A stretch of DNA of 64,000 nucleotides, from NCBI GenBank assembly GCA_023231475.1, contig JALJEE010002282.1, positions 1-64,000 of the forward strand, read 5' to 3'. Below are positions 33,020 to 48,079 of the stretch, in pieces. The stretch's first letter is position 1. Each line of letters opens with the position of its first letter. The notes beneath the pieces were generated by a model, which had not been told where the DNA came from, made no database searches, and saw only the letters and a program-made list of their open reading frames with translations. The stretch is from Seison nebaliae. Its lineage: Eukaryota. Position numbers and translations under genes: made by a program.

Positions 33020-36002
33020 CAAATTTCCCATTACTATAATTCTTTCTTGACTTATATCCATTATTATCAATATTCAAATCATTTATATGATGATAATTCT
33101 GATTTGGTTTATATGTTCTCTTTTCCGAATGATGAACTTTTCTCACATCAGCTTTCGGAAGATTTCTTTCATCATGTTTCGATTGATGATCTGTTCGATC
33201 GTTTATCTGATAATTCTCATTATTTGACAAATTATTATCCATCGATTTCCAAGAATTCTCATTTCGACTTTCAAAATGTCTTCTTGAATTTCCATCATCA
33301 TTCTCTGAATTCTTTCTCGAGTTTCTTCTGCTCTGACTCTCGGAATTTTTTCCTGAATTTCCATCATATCGATAGTCAAAGTCATGTTTCGTTGAATAAT
33401 CATTTTGATATCGATTCTCAGCAGTTTTTCTTGAATCTCTATCATTTTCATTCTTGGAATTTTTTCTAGAAATTCCATCATTTTCATTCTCGGAAATTTT
33501 TCTAAAATTTCCATTATAATTCTCGAAAATTTTTTTAGTATTTCCATCATTATAATTTTCCGAAACTTTTTTACCATTTCCATCTTTATAATTTTCAGAA
33601 GATTTTCTTGATTTTTCATCATTTTGATTTTCGGAAATTTTTCTTGAATTTTCATCATTTTGATTTTCGGAAATTTTTCTTGAATTTTCATGATATTCAT
33701 TTTTTAAAAATTTTTTCTGATTTTCATCATACTGATGTTCGAACGCCTTCCGTATATTATGCACATTAGACTGAATTTGATCTTTCTTCTCATCAGATAC
33801 ATTAATATGACGATCAGTTCGATTATGATTCCATTCCTGATTTTTTGAATAATGATCATCAAATCGATTAATTTGTTTATTGGAGAATGGATCTGAATCA
33901 TTTCTATCTCTATCACTAACTGGTGAGATGGTATGATGTGCATTATCAGTTATATCATTTATTTTATGAGATGTATTTAAATCGATATCTCGTTCTGGAT
34001 ATTGATAATTGTGATGATCATATCGATCCATTTCGTTATCGGATGAAGTGGTTGTCGAAGATGATGAAGTTGAACTGGACATATGACTTGGTGTGGTATG
34101 GGAAGATAAAGTTGAATCGTTAAATTTATTATTATCGACATTATAACGATGATATGAATTTTTATTATATGAATTAGTAGGGCTACGTCTCGGTCCTTTA
34201 GAATCTATCGAATTGACGATATTCGTAGATGCTTGAATCTCTCTCATCAAATCCTGATGAGTGTTTGATATGATGCTATTCGTCGTAATTGGAATAGGAA
34301 CATGATGATCATTCGATGAATAAACAGTCATTCGAACTCGATGACTATCTGCTGAGCTGATGGATTTCTGACGATAATATTCATTATCATTATCTTTCTC
34401 ATCTGATTTTATTGTATTTGGTGAACTCGGTTTCAATTTTAATGATTTTGGTAGAAATGATCGATCTTTCTTTTTTTTCCAATTCTCTTCCACATCATTT
34501 CGATGATGATTTGATGACGAATATTTCCCATCATTCAAATTGATCGAATTTGGAGTTTTCGAATTTTCACTTCCTTCCAACGATCGATCACGTTTGGGTG
34601 AAGTTGATAAACGAGAACTTTCTGATTGATTTCTCGATCGTTTCTCTTTTAAATTCGAAAGGAAAATTTTCAATTTCGATTCTGTCGGTGTATCAATCGG
34701 AATATGACGATGATCTTTATCATTCTTGTGAGGGATGGAAGGCGTTTCTAGAGAAGTCCTCTTCTCATGTTCCACTACCCAATTGTCGACTTCATAAACA
34801 TTTTCGACGGTTTTTTCATTTGTAACAATTTTGATGATTTTCGGTTCGACCACCGTTTCAATGATTCGTTCATGATTATCATCACTAGTCATATTATCTT
34901 CACTTGTCATTATTGTTCGAGGTGGTTGTGGAGCGGTCTGACGATCCGTCGCTGGTTTTGGCGGGGCTTCACGGAATTTTTCATTTGGGCTTAAAGTTTT
35001 CGAAATTTTCTTATTTCGACCAATCGACAAATGTAGAGGAGGTGACGGTGCTCGACCTTTCTCACTTTTAGATGATTTTTTTGATGAAATTGAAAAGTCT
35101 TCGGTTTTCGGATGATCTGGTGTGTCGAATAATCGAGATTTTAATGATCGACGATCGTTCTTCATTTTCTTCCGGATGATGGTTCCATTATCTGATAAAA
35201 TTTCAATTTGTGATTTGGGAATTTTCCTCACACTTAACGTTCCGTGAGAATCGGTAGTGGATTTACGTGAAATGTTATCGTCCAGATATTTATGAGTGAT
35301 TTGTTTAGATTTATATCGATTTTCGTTGTTATCTTCATGCATTTTTAATGTGGGGAATTGTAATGGATATGTTTCTGGTAGAATCATTCCATCATTCTTT
35401 GAAAAGACTTTAACATCTGGTGATTTCGAATTGCGATATTGGATATCGGTTATATTGGAATGTGTATTGGATTGTATGGCGATATCGATATCATTCTCTT
35501 CGAAATCGAATGATGTTTGATATTGATATTTTGAATAAGTTTCATTTCCTTTTGAATTATATAATTTAATTAGAGATGAAACTCCTGGATCTTTCTCGAA
35601 ACAACAATGCACATTCACTTGTTCTTCGGCCATTTGTAATTCTTTCGTTTCGTATGAATTGTCATCGGATTGAGAGTTGTTGGGAGATGTGATATCCCAC
35701 TGATCATCCAAACAATAAGATGATCGACTCTTTTCAGAAAACGTGGCATTGTTGTTGACATTAGTAATACTGAGATCAGATAGTTTATTTGTTTCTTCAT
35801 TTCCAATTATCTCTACATCTTTAGTTTGTCGGTCAAACATTTCATAAATATTTCCACTTTTACCATTTTCGTCAATTTGAATCCGTTTGACTTCTCCATA
35901 TAACATCGTCGAGTCGTCGTTGGCAGTTTGAGTAGTTTTCGTTCTAAATATTCTTCGATGATCGTTCTCCATCTGTTTCCGTTTCTCATATGCGGAAATC
36001 AT
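33020..36002 (-). CDS. 994-codon low-complexity exon (Ser/Asn/Asp/Lys-rich, 12-aa repeats); probable giant N-terminal exon of an IF isoform
   Basis: 3-kb ORF ends TTT G|gttagt (phase 1), compatible with acceptor 32400. Acceptor catcgtag| at 36045; an in-frame stop directly precedes ATG 36002. Confidence 0.7.
33300..33710 (-). repeat. 36-nt coding tandem repeat (ENSRKISENQND-like, about 10 degenerate copies)
   Basis: Visible in both DNA and protein near the 3' end of the 995-aa ORF. Confidence 0.85.
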
Positions 36003-37539
36003 TCAATTCAACACTTTCTCTCCTTAACACAAAGAGACTTGAGCCTACGATGACGAAAAAGAAAGAATTAATTAGAAAGGACACAATCGACTAATCAGTA
36101 CAAGAAAATCACTTGAAGAAGAAAGAATTGACTCTCAATAAATTCTCATAAAGGGGAGAGAAGAAACATAAAAATTCATCTTCATTCTCTAACACTAACA
36201 ATAACAATAAGTAAAATAAATAAATTTTAATTTCTTCTTCGATATGATAAGTGAATGTTTCTATTTTATCGCGTTGTATCTACATGAACGAGCAGTCAGT
36301 CAACGGAAGAAGCAGAATCGAGTTCGTAGTAGAACCATTCCGACTTCCACTTTAATGAACCAACGGTTTCCCGAAGGTAACACACACACACACACACACA
36401 CATACATACATACACGTATAAGACATAACAAGTGACTGAAGAATTTATTGATATTTTATGTAAATCATTCGATGATTCTCATGGAAAAGTTCCATTTTCT
36501 GCATTTCATTAATTATTCTTAAACGAAAATTATTCATTCATTTAATCGATTCCCGTTAATTCGTTCGTCGGCAAACGAAAACATAGAGACTTCCCCCCCC
36601 TAGAAGACCATTGAGAATTGAGGATAAAAAGAGAGAATTTCTTGAATTATGATTCCGTCTCAATAATGTATGAAATTGTATCTATCGTCAATGGGAGTCA
36701 ATGACGAAAATCAACAGCGTTAACAAACATGATCATTAGAGAATCTTACTCTCTCCTCCTAACAACGTTGTAAGTCAACGTTGGAAATGTTGACAATCAG
36801 TTCGTTTTATGAACGAATTCTAAACTGACGAGATAAATATGATGCCAAGAGAAGAATAGAACGAAGGAATCGTTGCCTATCATGCATAAATTTCATGCCC
36901 TACTTAACGATCCGAATCATCTTCCGCACAACTATGATAAATGATACGACGCTTCTTAACAAATCGTTATCAACTCCATCTCTCATATACATATCACCAT
37001 TAATATTACATCGACCGAACTTTCCATTCATTAATCTCGTTAGACGATCTAATTAATTCCAATTAAATGATATTTCCAATATCATTCAAAAAATGTAAAT
37101 TAACAAATTTCATTCACATATTACATGAGTTATTGGAATTGTAAATTTTTTTTTTGACATTACTCCCCAAAAATCTATTGGCATTCTCAAAAAAATAATT
37201 TACATTTTTAAAATTTTCCCAAACAACAATTTCTCAATTGCCGAATTTCCGAAGAAATTCTTGAAATTATGTAAAGAAGAAACTCAAATTTCCAAATAAG
37301 ATACATGAATGGAAGATAGAAAAATAGGAAAAGTTGGAAAGTTGAGGAGAAGTAAAAGAAGAAAAAAATTAAAATAATTAAAAATGAAAAAATCGAGAGA
37401 CATATATAATGGAAGTGAACCGTTTTTCGTTTGTCATCAATCTCAATTTGTAATTAACAAATCTGGAAGTTCAATTTACAACATAAGATAGTGATATCTT
37501 CATATGAGGGAGAGAAGAAAATTTCTGAATTCCACTTAC

Positions 37540-37665
37540 CCACAAATAATGTTGGGTGAGTCATATGTATTCCTTTTTTCCCATTCGGACTGGCTTTTCC
37601 ATTTACATGTTTTTCCTTATTATTACTCAGACATTCCTCCACCGAACAAAACATAATCTCAAGTT
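37540..37665 (-). CDS. Candidate 126-nt phase 1-1 cassette or first exon of the IF locus
   Basis: ttcttctatttaag|AACTTGAG...TTTGTGG|gtaagt; open in phase 1 (ELEIMFCSVEE...HPTLFV). Confidence 0.5.
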
Positions 37666-40600
37666 CTTAAATAGAAGAAGAAGAAGTTCTTATCTATTTC
37701 TAACAAAACATTTCAATTTCTCTCGTTGTGAATGACAATTGAGATGATGGGAACAATGTCAAAAATAAATAAATCATTAAACGATGTTACATGTCATTTG
37801 AGGAGAAATGACGAAAACAGGCCGATATGTTTTCCAGAAGAAGAAAATGGAAATTTTAACGGTTTTCCTGTCAATTCTATTTTTGTTGTCCCTCTTATTC
37901 TTGTTGTTGTTGTTGTTGTCGATTCAATTCAATCTTTACCAAATACAAACAGTGGAACTGTTGAATTTGTTCTTATTAAAAAATTTTATTTCTAAATAAT
38001 TTTATCGGTTTTTTTTCCTTTCTTTGATGACATTACATCATTCGTTTTCGTGTTAGAGAATGAAGAATAAAGCAGAAGTAAAGAAGAAATTACTAACTTT
38101 AACATCGTCGTTACGTAAGTTGCATCTGTATGGCACATTCACCATAATTGTTTTTCTTTCATTTGATTCCCCGTTATCATGATAATGATTTTCATCATCG
38201 ACGTCGTTAATAGTGTCACATGTTCATTTATGGTAATTATTCAATTTATATTCATTCCTTCATTTTTTTCTCTCATTGTTATCGATTGTGATGGTGGTGA
38301 AAGAATTTCATAAATTTTTGATTTTATTGGCAGTTTGATGATGAAAATTTTCGGTGTTCGTCTAAAATTCCCTAAATCTCTCTTCCTCCATCGGAAACGT
38401 TCATGGTGAAGCATTATCATCAATACAACAACAAACAACGATAAGTTGAGTCGATCAATGATAATGTCCAGCTGAAATTTTTTTTAAAAATTTTCCTCAT
38501 CATAAGCTTAAAATTGATAGTGGAATGAAGAGGTGTCATCGAAAAGAAACCCAATGACGAATTGTCCGAATGGAGTGGAAAATAAAAATTTGGGAAAATT
38601 TTGAATTGGTAAATGGAGAAAAAGAAAGTTTTTAGTGAGACGGCCACTCTAATAATATATTGAGGAATAACAAAGAAAATTTATCTGAACGATGATTTGT
38701 CGCCGTGAATAAATTTCCATAAAAATCGGATAAATTCGGGAGAATATATTATCGAGGTACATAAGTGGCGGTGTTGAGGAGGGAGACGTTTATATTAAAT
38801 TCGTCGGAAATGGGAGGACGTTAGGAAAAGATTCTCTTGTGTGATAAATAGAAATTTCATCAGAATATATATATTATATTGAATGGATATGAGATAATGT
38901 TGGAAGTGATCTGGTTTGAATTAGAAATGGAATGAAACATTAGAGAAATGAATAATGAGAATGGAATTAAATATTTATTAAGAAATTCATTAAAGAAATC
39001 GTTTTCCTTTCGATCACCAAATGGAAATGAATCATTCTTTCCTTAAAAATCCTACTCGTCGATATGATGATGAGTCGAGTAGAATGTGAAGATTTGAAAG
39101 AGAAAAGAAGACAATAAGAGAATGGTATATAGCCTTCGTATATCCGTGTGAATGGAAGAAGTTCTTTTGATATCTCATGTTCGTCTTCCTTCACTCCACT
39201 TCTCTTAGGAAATGTTACGAAAAAAACATGTTTATATAAATTACTCTCATTATTACTCATGAATATAATGAGTTACATACACATATACACACAATAAGTT
39301 TAAACTGGAAAGAATTAAGAATCAATCTCTTAACAATAATATATCAGAACTTTAATGACAATAAGATTCTACAAATTACGAATATTTGAGGAGGACCATG
39401 AATAAATTTCGTATTGAGCTACCGTCGACGAACTGACTGAGAATACAGAGAAATTGAATCGAACAACCAATCGATATTAACGAACGTTCTTATTCACAGG
39501 AAAAAAAATAAGAAGTTTAATGTGAAATTTATGAGAGGATTGCATGATTGATTATTTCCACGAGGCTCCATTCGTCCTTCGACGACGTGAACGATGAAGG
39601 AGACAATGTCGAACGGGAATAATAGAAAGATTTTTCTGTTCAATTGTTATGTGATGACTGTTCACAATGGGACATATATCAACCTTACTACTTCCAATGG
39701 TCATATTCGATAGAGGAAAAGAAAGAGAAATCAGTTAAATGAAATTCCTTCACCTTTCTCGTAGGAATGAGATGGAGTTTAATAAACGTAATAGCTCTCA
39801 ATGATGGAGTGCGTAAAATTTAATATTTTTTTGTTAAACTAAAAAAATTCTAGTGCTAGAAATGTTCTCTGCTAAAAATGATAAGGAGAAGGAATTAGAG
39901 GTCAAATGAGAATTGCCACTGTTGTCATGACAACGGGAGGAGAATGAATATTTCGAACGAAATTCTTTATAAGTATAAGTTATGTTCGCAACATTTCTCA
40001 CACTTCCTATTTACCTAATTGATTCGAGAATGTAAGAGCGATTCATTTTGGACTTTTCCTAAATTGGTTGGGATGTTTTGGAGGAATATAGTTCATCTTT
40101 TGTAGTGGAAAATTGTGGATGGAGATTGTATATGTCTATCTTATTTTGAGCATTGCTGTTCGAATTAGATCGACGATCAATATCTTATAAACGTCGGAAT
40201 GATTCATACATACCATATAGACTTATCGTCGAATGCGGTCGAACGAAGTTGATATTATTGTGTTTAAACAAATAGCATTCCTTTTCATCAACCATTCGCT
40301 ACAACATTCATCAAAGAGGTTTTCTGAGACGATTTGAAAAGAGAAGACTACTTCCCAAACTTCACTCATTATCCCATTCATTCTTTGTGTCTGATTCGGA
40401 GAATATTCAATATTCATTCAACTACCAAAAACATAGAATAAATTCCATTTATTTTACATAGAATTACGACGTGCATATATATATATATCCTTCTCCATTC
40501 AAATTCCCCTATTAATCTACTTCACTCTTTTGCATATATAAATACTCCCGTTGTTCTTGTTGTTGTTGAGTTGGTTGGAGCTGTTTTGTTTGAAATGAGA

Positions 40601-43600
40601 ATAATAAAAAATAAAAGAAATGTTCATCAGTTTATCGAATGCAATGATAACGAAGAGTGAAACAAAATGGAATTTGAAAAATGGAATACATTACTCGATA
40701 GGTGATGTGGAGTGGGAGAATGAACGTTCTGATGGTCATTATTCAGGATTTGATGCGCCGTGAACTTCCAAGTAATTAATCTAACATTGTTGGGGTGCAT
40801 TGGAAGGAAAATGTGGATTCGGACTGGAGAAGGTCGAGATGTTGATAGATATTAATGTCTAGAATCATAATGCTCTACTTTATCATGATGATAGCTCTAA
40901 ACTGCATTTTAATAGTCTTCCATCTGTTTGCATCTATCAAGTCGATTGACAAATGGATTCTAATGACTCCCATTCACTCGACGCACAGAAGGACACGATC
41001 AATGAGTAAATTCGAATGAGGGAAAATTGGAAGACACCACCAATCCCTTGCAATCTCAACTTTTGAAGAAATATGTGAGGAATGTGCATCCAGCTGCCTT
41101 GGTAGGGTACACGTGTCATGTAACATTTCTTCATCCATTTCCTCACCAAAATTCCTCGTCAATAGACGAATGAATAAATAATGAAATTCTTTGAAGATTT
41201 TTCAAATTTTACTGGCACCTTCTGTTGGGAGAATATAGAAGTATTCACTTCTCACACACTCACAACAATAAGTTGAAATTTTTTTTTGAAAAATAAACAC
41301 TTTATCCTACTATTCATTCGATAATATTATGGAATAAAACTTTCTCTTATTATTAATATTAAATGAATATGTGCATTCTATTAGGTAAAGTGTTGGAAAG
41401 AAAAAAATTATTTTTCTAATAATTTCCTTCTTCTATTCAATTCTAATCTACATCAGAACAACATTTTTTTTTCGCTCACATAATAATTCTTATTCAATTT
41501 AATATAATTGTTGGTATGTCTATAATTCATGCAATGCGACTCTCCTGCTCTATGTGCAGTAATTGCATGTGTGTAGCTGGAATCCAACTGTTGGACGAAC
41601 CTCTGCTCTCAGAGTTGATGCATTCGATATTGATTATGTGGCAGAGAATGTTCGAATTCTTTTCTACTTACTACATCGGCACAAATTGAATTAGGTAGTC
41701 GAAGGAAATTATATGAAAATAAGTCTCTTCGATTTCCGAGGTCAACTTTCAATTACATGTTATTAATTTTCCTCCGTTTCTCTAAATAAAAAAAAGAATT
41801 CCCAATGTCGTATCACTTCTAATGATGTGATTTCTACTTATAAATCAAATGCTTCGAAATATAAAAAACTAAATAAAAATTTTATTGTGCTAATAATATT
41901 CGACATCCTTCTATACCTGGAGGAATGGATGAGAGTCGATGTCCAAATATTTATAAATAACACACATCTCTCGATGAGAGGAATCGTTATTTATTTCTTA
42001 TACTCTATTGTTGCCTCTCTAACTTGACATGATATGAAAAAAACGAATTGATAATCATTCGATCGATTTGGTTGATGAAGAATTGATCGTTTACATTTGG
42101 TCCATCATCGTTAAATATATGAACAAGAGGAGAAGAATTCTCATAAAGATCCTCATCGATTTATTCCGAATAATTTTCTGATGCATGCAACATTCAACCG
42201 ATGTGTATTCTTAATAGAATTATGATAGAAAACTGCTAAATATTTCCACACACACTTACACACACACATAAACACAAACATACACACACACACTCACACA
42301 AATGCACACTCGAACTTCATTTGGATATTAGGAGACTATATTGTTGGTTCACGAGAATGCACAATAAACAGTTCTATGTTGGCTTAGTGGTAACGATAGA
42401 GTCCGGCCCGAATTAGCTTGAGGAAGTGTGAGAATGGAACGAGAAGAGAAAGTTGAACGTCCCAAAATAAAAGTGTTTTACTATTCTCTTCGAGTGTGGT
42501 GCTACCATGAAAAGTTTGAATGAGAAGTTAATAAACAACAATTTCTTTTTGTTATTATTCTGATGATTCTATTAAAATTTGCCTTCATCACCATCTTAAT
42601 TTATTAGTTGGTAAGAGATTTTTATTAAGGAAAGTTCTCTCTATAATAAATGTGATTGGAAATAATCTCCCGCATCAATTTCATATTGATGATGTAAGAA
42701 AATTATATAATGATACTGATATGCATACTGTATGTATGATACTATACGTATATCTTACGGCATAGAAAACTTTCCTATATAAATGAATGCAGACACAGCA
42801 GTTTGGGAAGAGTGAGTTCGAAGGAAAGTAGTCACATTGGAGAAGTAGTTGAGTTACCATATCATCATCTAAACGGGAACTATGGTGACATATGGAAGCA
42901 ATGATGGAAGAACATATTAACATATATGAAGAAATTTTTATGTTGCATAATCGAACTCAAGGATATTATATTCATTGTACACAAAATTTATGTTTTTCGT
43001 CTTTTATTCATCTTTATTATGATTATATCCTGATAATATCCTGATAATATTACCACCACTACATCACTGCACTTACCTGCAGCGATCAATGAGAGAAATG
43101 AAAAAAATTTAATCCGATTTGGTGATAATCTAATTGAATGGAGAGGAAATAATTTTATACCATTATCCGATTATTTGGTTTCGCATCCCACATCCGCTAA
43201 GACATGGTTTCCATCAAGAGCGACTGATTGGTGGATGAATGGAAGAAGAAGAGAGTTCTCTCGATTTCTATCTGGCGTTCAGAAGAAAAGAAGTTGGTTG
43301 TGGAGGAGGAATGGAAATAGATCGACGACCTCTTTTTGGGTGAAAATCAAAGTAGTTCTAATGTTGCTATTTGCAATACCTAATCACTTTTCCTACGACG
43401 AAGATATAATGGAAATATGAGAAATGACAATAAAAATTCATTATCAATTTTTATCGATTATTTCTGTTCTTTTATCCTTCTTCATTCTGAAGAGATGGTT
43501 TGAGTGGAGTACGTGTATCTATCAACATACATTAGGACGATACACATACAACTCAGTCATTGATTTCGTACGAGCGAACGAAAGTATGAAAAGTTAAAGT

Positions 43601-46600
43601 GATGACGATGAGAATAATTGACGATCATTATTATTCTTATCATTTCTATCCATTTAATTTCTAAATATTATTATCACCAAACTGATGGAGAATGATTAAA
43701 ATACTTAAGATGATGAGGATAAGTGATGAACAATTAGAATATGAATATCATTGTCTGCAATTGCGTATTAATTGATCGTTCGCATCGATACATCCAAACG
43801 AAATCTATATCGATCTTTCCTTTTCTTCCAATCTTAATCGTCCGATTTCACTATCTGTCTCCACTGACTGAGTGACTGACTGACTGATTGCTTGACTTAC
43901 AGATCAATTGTGGAAGGAATAATTATTGGTATCATCCGACGGAATTTAAATAAAGGAAATCGGGTTAAATTCAGCTCATCAATATTCAACTCCCCTTATT
44001 CCCTACATACATCTAGTCATCTAGCATATTGAGTTCGATGCTGATTTTTATCAATTACTTCTAAGGAATACGTTCTGGTAAATCTTCATCATCGTCATTA
44101 TCATCATCTCTCTCAAACTCTTCCATTATTCCCTCTCCCAAGAATGTTTATACAACGATATCAAAATAAATGTTGTAGTTGTTGTTGTTGTTGTCGTTGA
44201 ATAATTTTCTTTTACAATTACTCCAAAATCGTGATAATAGTCATGATAAACGTAAGGATGGTGGGAGAGATGGAGAGCGATAAACATGAATGAACAAGAT
44301 AGTGATAATTGAAAGAATAAACCGTAAAATATTCGTTTAATCATCTTGTAACACTTATTTGGTGGGAGAGACAAAGGACAACACTTAAAGAGAAGAAAAG
44401 TTCGTTTTCCGAAAAAGAAACGGCTGTTTTCTGATAATTTTCCTAAATCTATCTAAACAGAGACTCCAGTTACTAAATTACCTTTGTTTCTTTTCCGTTA
44501 AAAATATTCCTCCGAATTTCTCTTCATACATATTTTCTTTCTTCTTCTTCTTTTTCGGGTTCTATTCACAACGAAATAATGGTCTTCAGTGTCATTTTCA
44601 TACATTCTCATTTAAGAAGAACATTTTTATGGTTTAGATGTACGCATACATACATACATTCATCCATACATCCACACACAGTCCTCCATTATTTTTTTCT
44701 TATCCGTTATTTTGATAAAACATTCTCTCCCCATTCACATCGTCAGTTGTTGGGGAAATATTTTCGGAACTTATCAAATCTACTTTCGAGAGACGACCTC
44801 CATCTCACTAATAAAAGAAAATGATAAAACGACCGTTTTTTTTTGTTGACAGACATGTTAAACAACCTTTTTTTCTTTTGTTCAAATAAATCACGAAAAT
44901 GGAGAAGCGTTGATGTCCGAACATTTATCCTTCGGAAGTATGAATTCATTATCTATGGTTCATTACATTTGAAATATTCGAATAAAATCTCCTTTCTCAT
45001 CAACAACATATCTCCTAGATATAGTTCGTCCAAGTTTTTTTGTCTATTAATTCTTTTATCTGTTCGTTTATTCGACTTCAATCAACGATATAAAATGGAT
45101 TTATTGCTAGATAAAGAATTAATTCTTATTCATTCGAACACACAATAATCTTCACTTATTATTCCTCGGAAGAAAACTATCATAGTTTCCTCTCCTCTGC
45201 TTCGAACTCACTTCATCGAATTATATATAACACGAATGTGATCCTGTCGAAAGGATTATATCGTGAGTCGTTGGAAAAAGAAAAAATTCTTCTTTTTTTG
45301 CAGCTGTTACTATGTAGTAAGAACGCCATTCCATTCTCCTTCGTGGTGACATTTGGAAAATGACGAATTGAGGAATGGCATTTCTATCATGTTGTCATGG
45401 TAACCAGAATTATTTGATTCCAACACATCCACATTTGACGAGAGCACAAACATTCCATTTAAATAGAGACATACCTCTTTAGTTCGAACTGCAAGTGTAA
45501 AATTTTTTTTTGTTACCTGCTGTAAAAATATTCTATTGACTTACCATAACTCTGAAATTCTTTTCAGCAGTTGAATTTCCTATGGCAAATTCCAATATTG
45601 ATTTGACTTCGGTGGCTTTTTCGACGCTCAAGGAAAAATTGGGAGTATGTAAATGGAAGGATTGTTTCATCTAACTAATATCGATAATATATCTTATTTA
45701 TGTTAAACATTAAGACATGTACTCAATAAAATTCAAATTAAAAAAGACGATTAATTTATCGATCTTCCATTGAATGATGAAGGAAATTATTAATATTTGC
45801 GAAAGTTGAAACACGAAAAAATTTCGAGTTTTACATCAATAAAACAATTTATGTTTTCTTAAAACATGACGATGAATAATTGAGAATAAGAAATAGAATG
45901 AATTAACTTAAGTATGAGAAATTAAATTATCTTATGAATGTCAATAATTAGCACAGACCAACATTAACAATCAATCGATATAGATTAATTATCTATTGAC
46001 TATTATGTAAGATAATAATCGGTAATTTAGTCTTTGTCTCATGGGACACTTAATTCGATTAATTTCCGTTTGACCTTCATAATCATTTTTGGACTTATTC
46101 ATGTAAAATTAAGAAGATAACGGAGGATGTTCGATTGACAGAAGAATAACTGTGGGAAATTGTTGTTGAGAAGAAGAAGAAGAAGTTGGTAGGATAAAGT
46201 TGTGGGCCTGTCAAACACAATATCAAACGGAAATTTTTCTTCGTTCACTAACTTCGATTGTAACCGAACACTAGTGTCGACTTGCAAACTTTTACTCGAG
46301 TTGATTTGAACATTATCAGTATGTATACATACTTTTCATTATGTATCTCTCTATGTTGAAGATAAGTCGGGATGCTTTTAACAAGAATCGACGAGTATTC
46401 GAAGTGGGAGCCACATGGGGTAGGATAGAGTATTGTAGACTACACTGATTTGACCTACAATTGCTTCTTGGCGTTAATTGAAATGAGTAATATCCACTTT
46501 ATACTTAATAGATAGCATTCGTGTATATCAACGAACATTAGACAGATACACAGAGAATTGGAAAGTTTCTTCGAAATAATAAGACAGCCCGAATATAAAT

Positions 46601-46869
46601 TAAACACATACTCATCATCTTCGTGCTACGGTCCTTCTCACCGTGCTACAACTATTCATCACTATTTATTACTTTCCAATCAATTACATTAAATGCAATA
46701 CATTCTTCAAACTTATCACTCTTTCACACTTGAACACGTTTCAGATTGAAAACTCTCCCTCTGAATGAATGATCATCATCCGTCAACAATTTCGAATTCG
46801 GGGAAGTCGATAAAAATAATTAGAGAAGGAAAACAATTAAGAAGAAAAAATAAATCTACCAACATGTAC

Positions 46870-47278
46870 CATCGTATCGACCTGAAGGTGAGCGATAAGT
46901 GTTCTGAACAGTCACTCTCTTCACCTCCGTATCATATTCGAGAGGACCTCGTTCTTTTCTGGTTTGAGGACCGTCGACTGGCGGCTCTCCACCCATCCAA
47001 CCTCTCATTTCTTTGTTAAATCGATCTTCTTCTTCACGAGTACTATAACGATTGGGAATATGGTCTGCTGGTGGATATGGTCGTCGATTTCTTGATGATG
47101 CATCTGAAGATGACGAAGATGATGAACTACTCGATGATGAGCTACTTGATGATCGCGAACGATTATCATGATGTTTCGAATTCGACGAACTCTTCTCCGA
47201 CTTTGTAGGTGATGTAATTTGACTGCTCATTTTGTTGCCGTCCTGCCAATTAATAGACATAAGCGAATTTGATGATTT
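46870..47278 (-). CDS. Ser-rich exon (phase 0 to phase 1), probable IF long-head exon
   Basis: tttcaatag|AAATCATCA...GATG|gtacat; 409 nt open; poly-Ser tract. Confidence 0.65.
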
Positions 47279-48048
47279 CTATTGAAACGAGAATAAACAT
47301 TAAAAATAATTTGAAAGTAATAATTTTAAATGAATTATCGATAGAGGAATTTTAATTATATCTCTTTAAATTAAATTTATTTTGGATAATCTCAGATTAG
47401 ATCAGATATCTAATTTTATAAAGGTGAGATGGATAGAGGAATAAAATGAATGAGATAGTCTAACAATAGAAGGTCATAAGAGAAACTTATCACTCTCTTA
47501 AAGGAAAATCATTTTAAATTCTTTTCTCGTCTTTAAGTTCCTTCCTATGTAAAATTCGTTATCTATCCACCTTCAACTTAACATACTCCAACTTCATTAA
47601 CTCCCCCTCATTCCTCTCGTCCTAACGGTTTAACTGATAGAGTTTCCTGTAAATCTTTCCGTAAGGTTACTCATCCTAACTGAAAGGAATATATTACATT
47701 ATATAATAATAAATCATTGATTGATATCAATTTGTTCTATAGTTTTTTGTAATTCAACTTCTTCATCGATTCGATTCTTCATTTCTAAAATTTTCTCATT
47801 CCAATTCTCCTTCTTTAATATGAGTAGTAGTGGATGATATATATAGAACCCCGCATTCCTTTCGTAATAGATGATTTGTGGAATCGAATGTCGAAGTATA
47901 TGATGATGATGATGATGAGGATGTCCTATGATTTTGATATCATCAATCATTATTCAAGAATCATCAACTGTTATTTCATGAGTCATCTCGAAATATGAGT
48001 ATGCAAGACTGTGAATAATGATCGTTCTTTCCATTTTCTCATTATCAC

Positions 48049-48079
<31 letters not shown>

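Noticed and set aside
33203..33700. 165-aa Met/Lys/Ile repeat ORF overlapping the 995-aa ORF
   Set aside because: Alternate-frame product of the 36-nt tandem repeat.
40937..41162. Two overlapping minus-strand ORFs in the long IF intron
   Set aside because: No convincing acceptor/donor pair or homology.
41520..41660. Slightly GC-richer stretch with short palindromes, possible intronic ncRNA
   Set aside because: Stems are short and no snoRNA boxes could be assigned by eye.
42379..42430. TGGCTTAGTGG resembling a tRNA A-box
   Set aside because: No proper B-box or T-loop and no cloverleaf stems.
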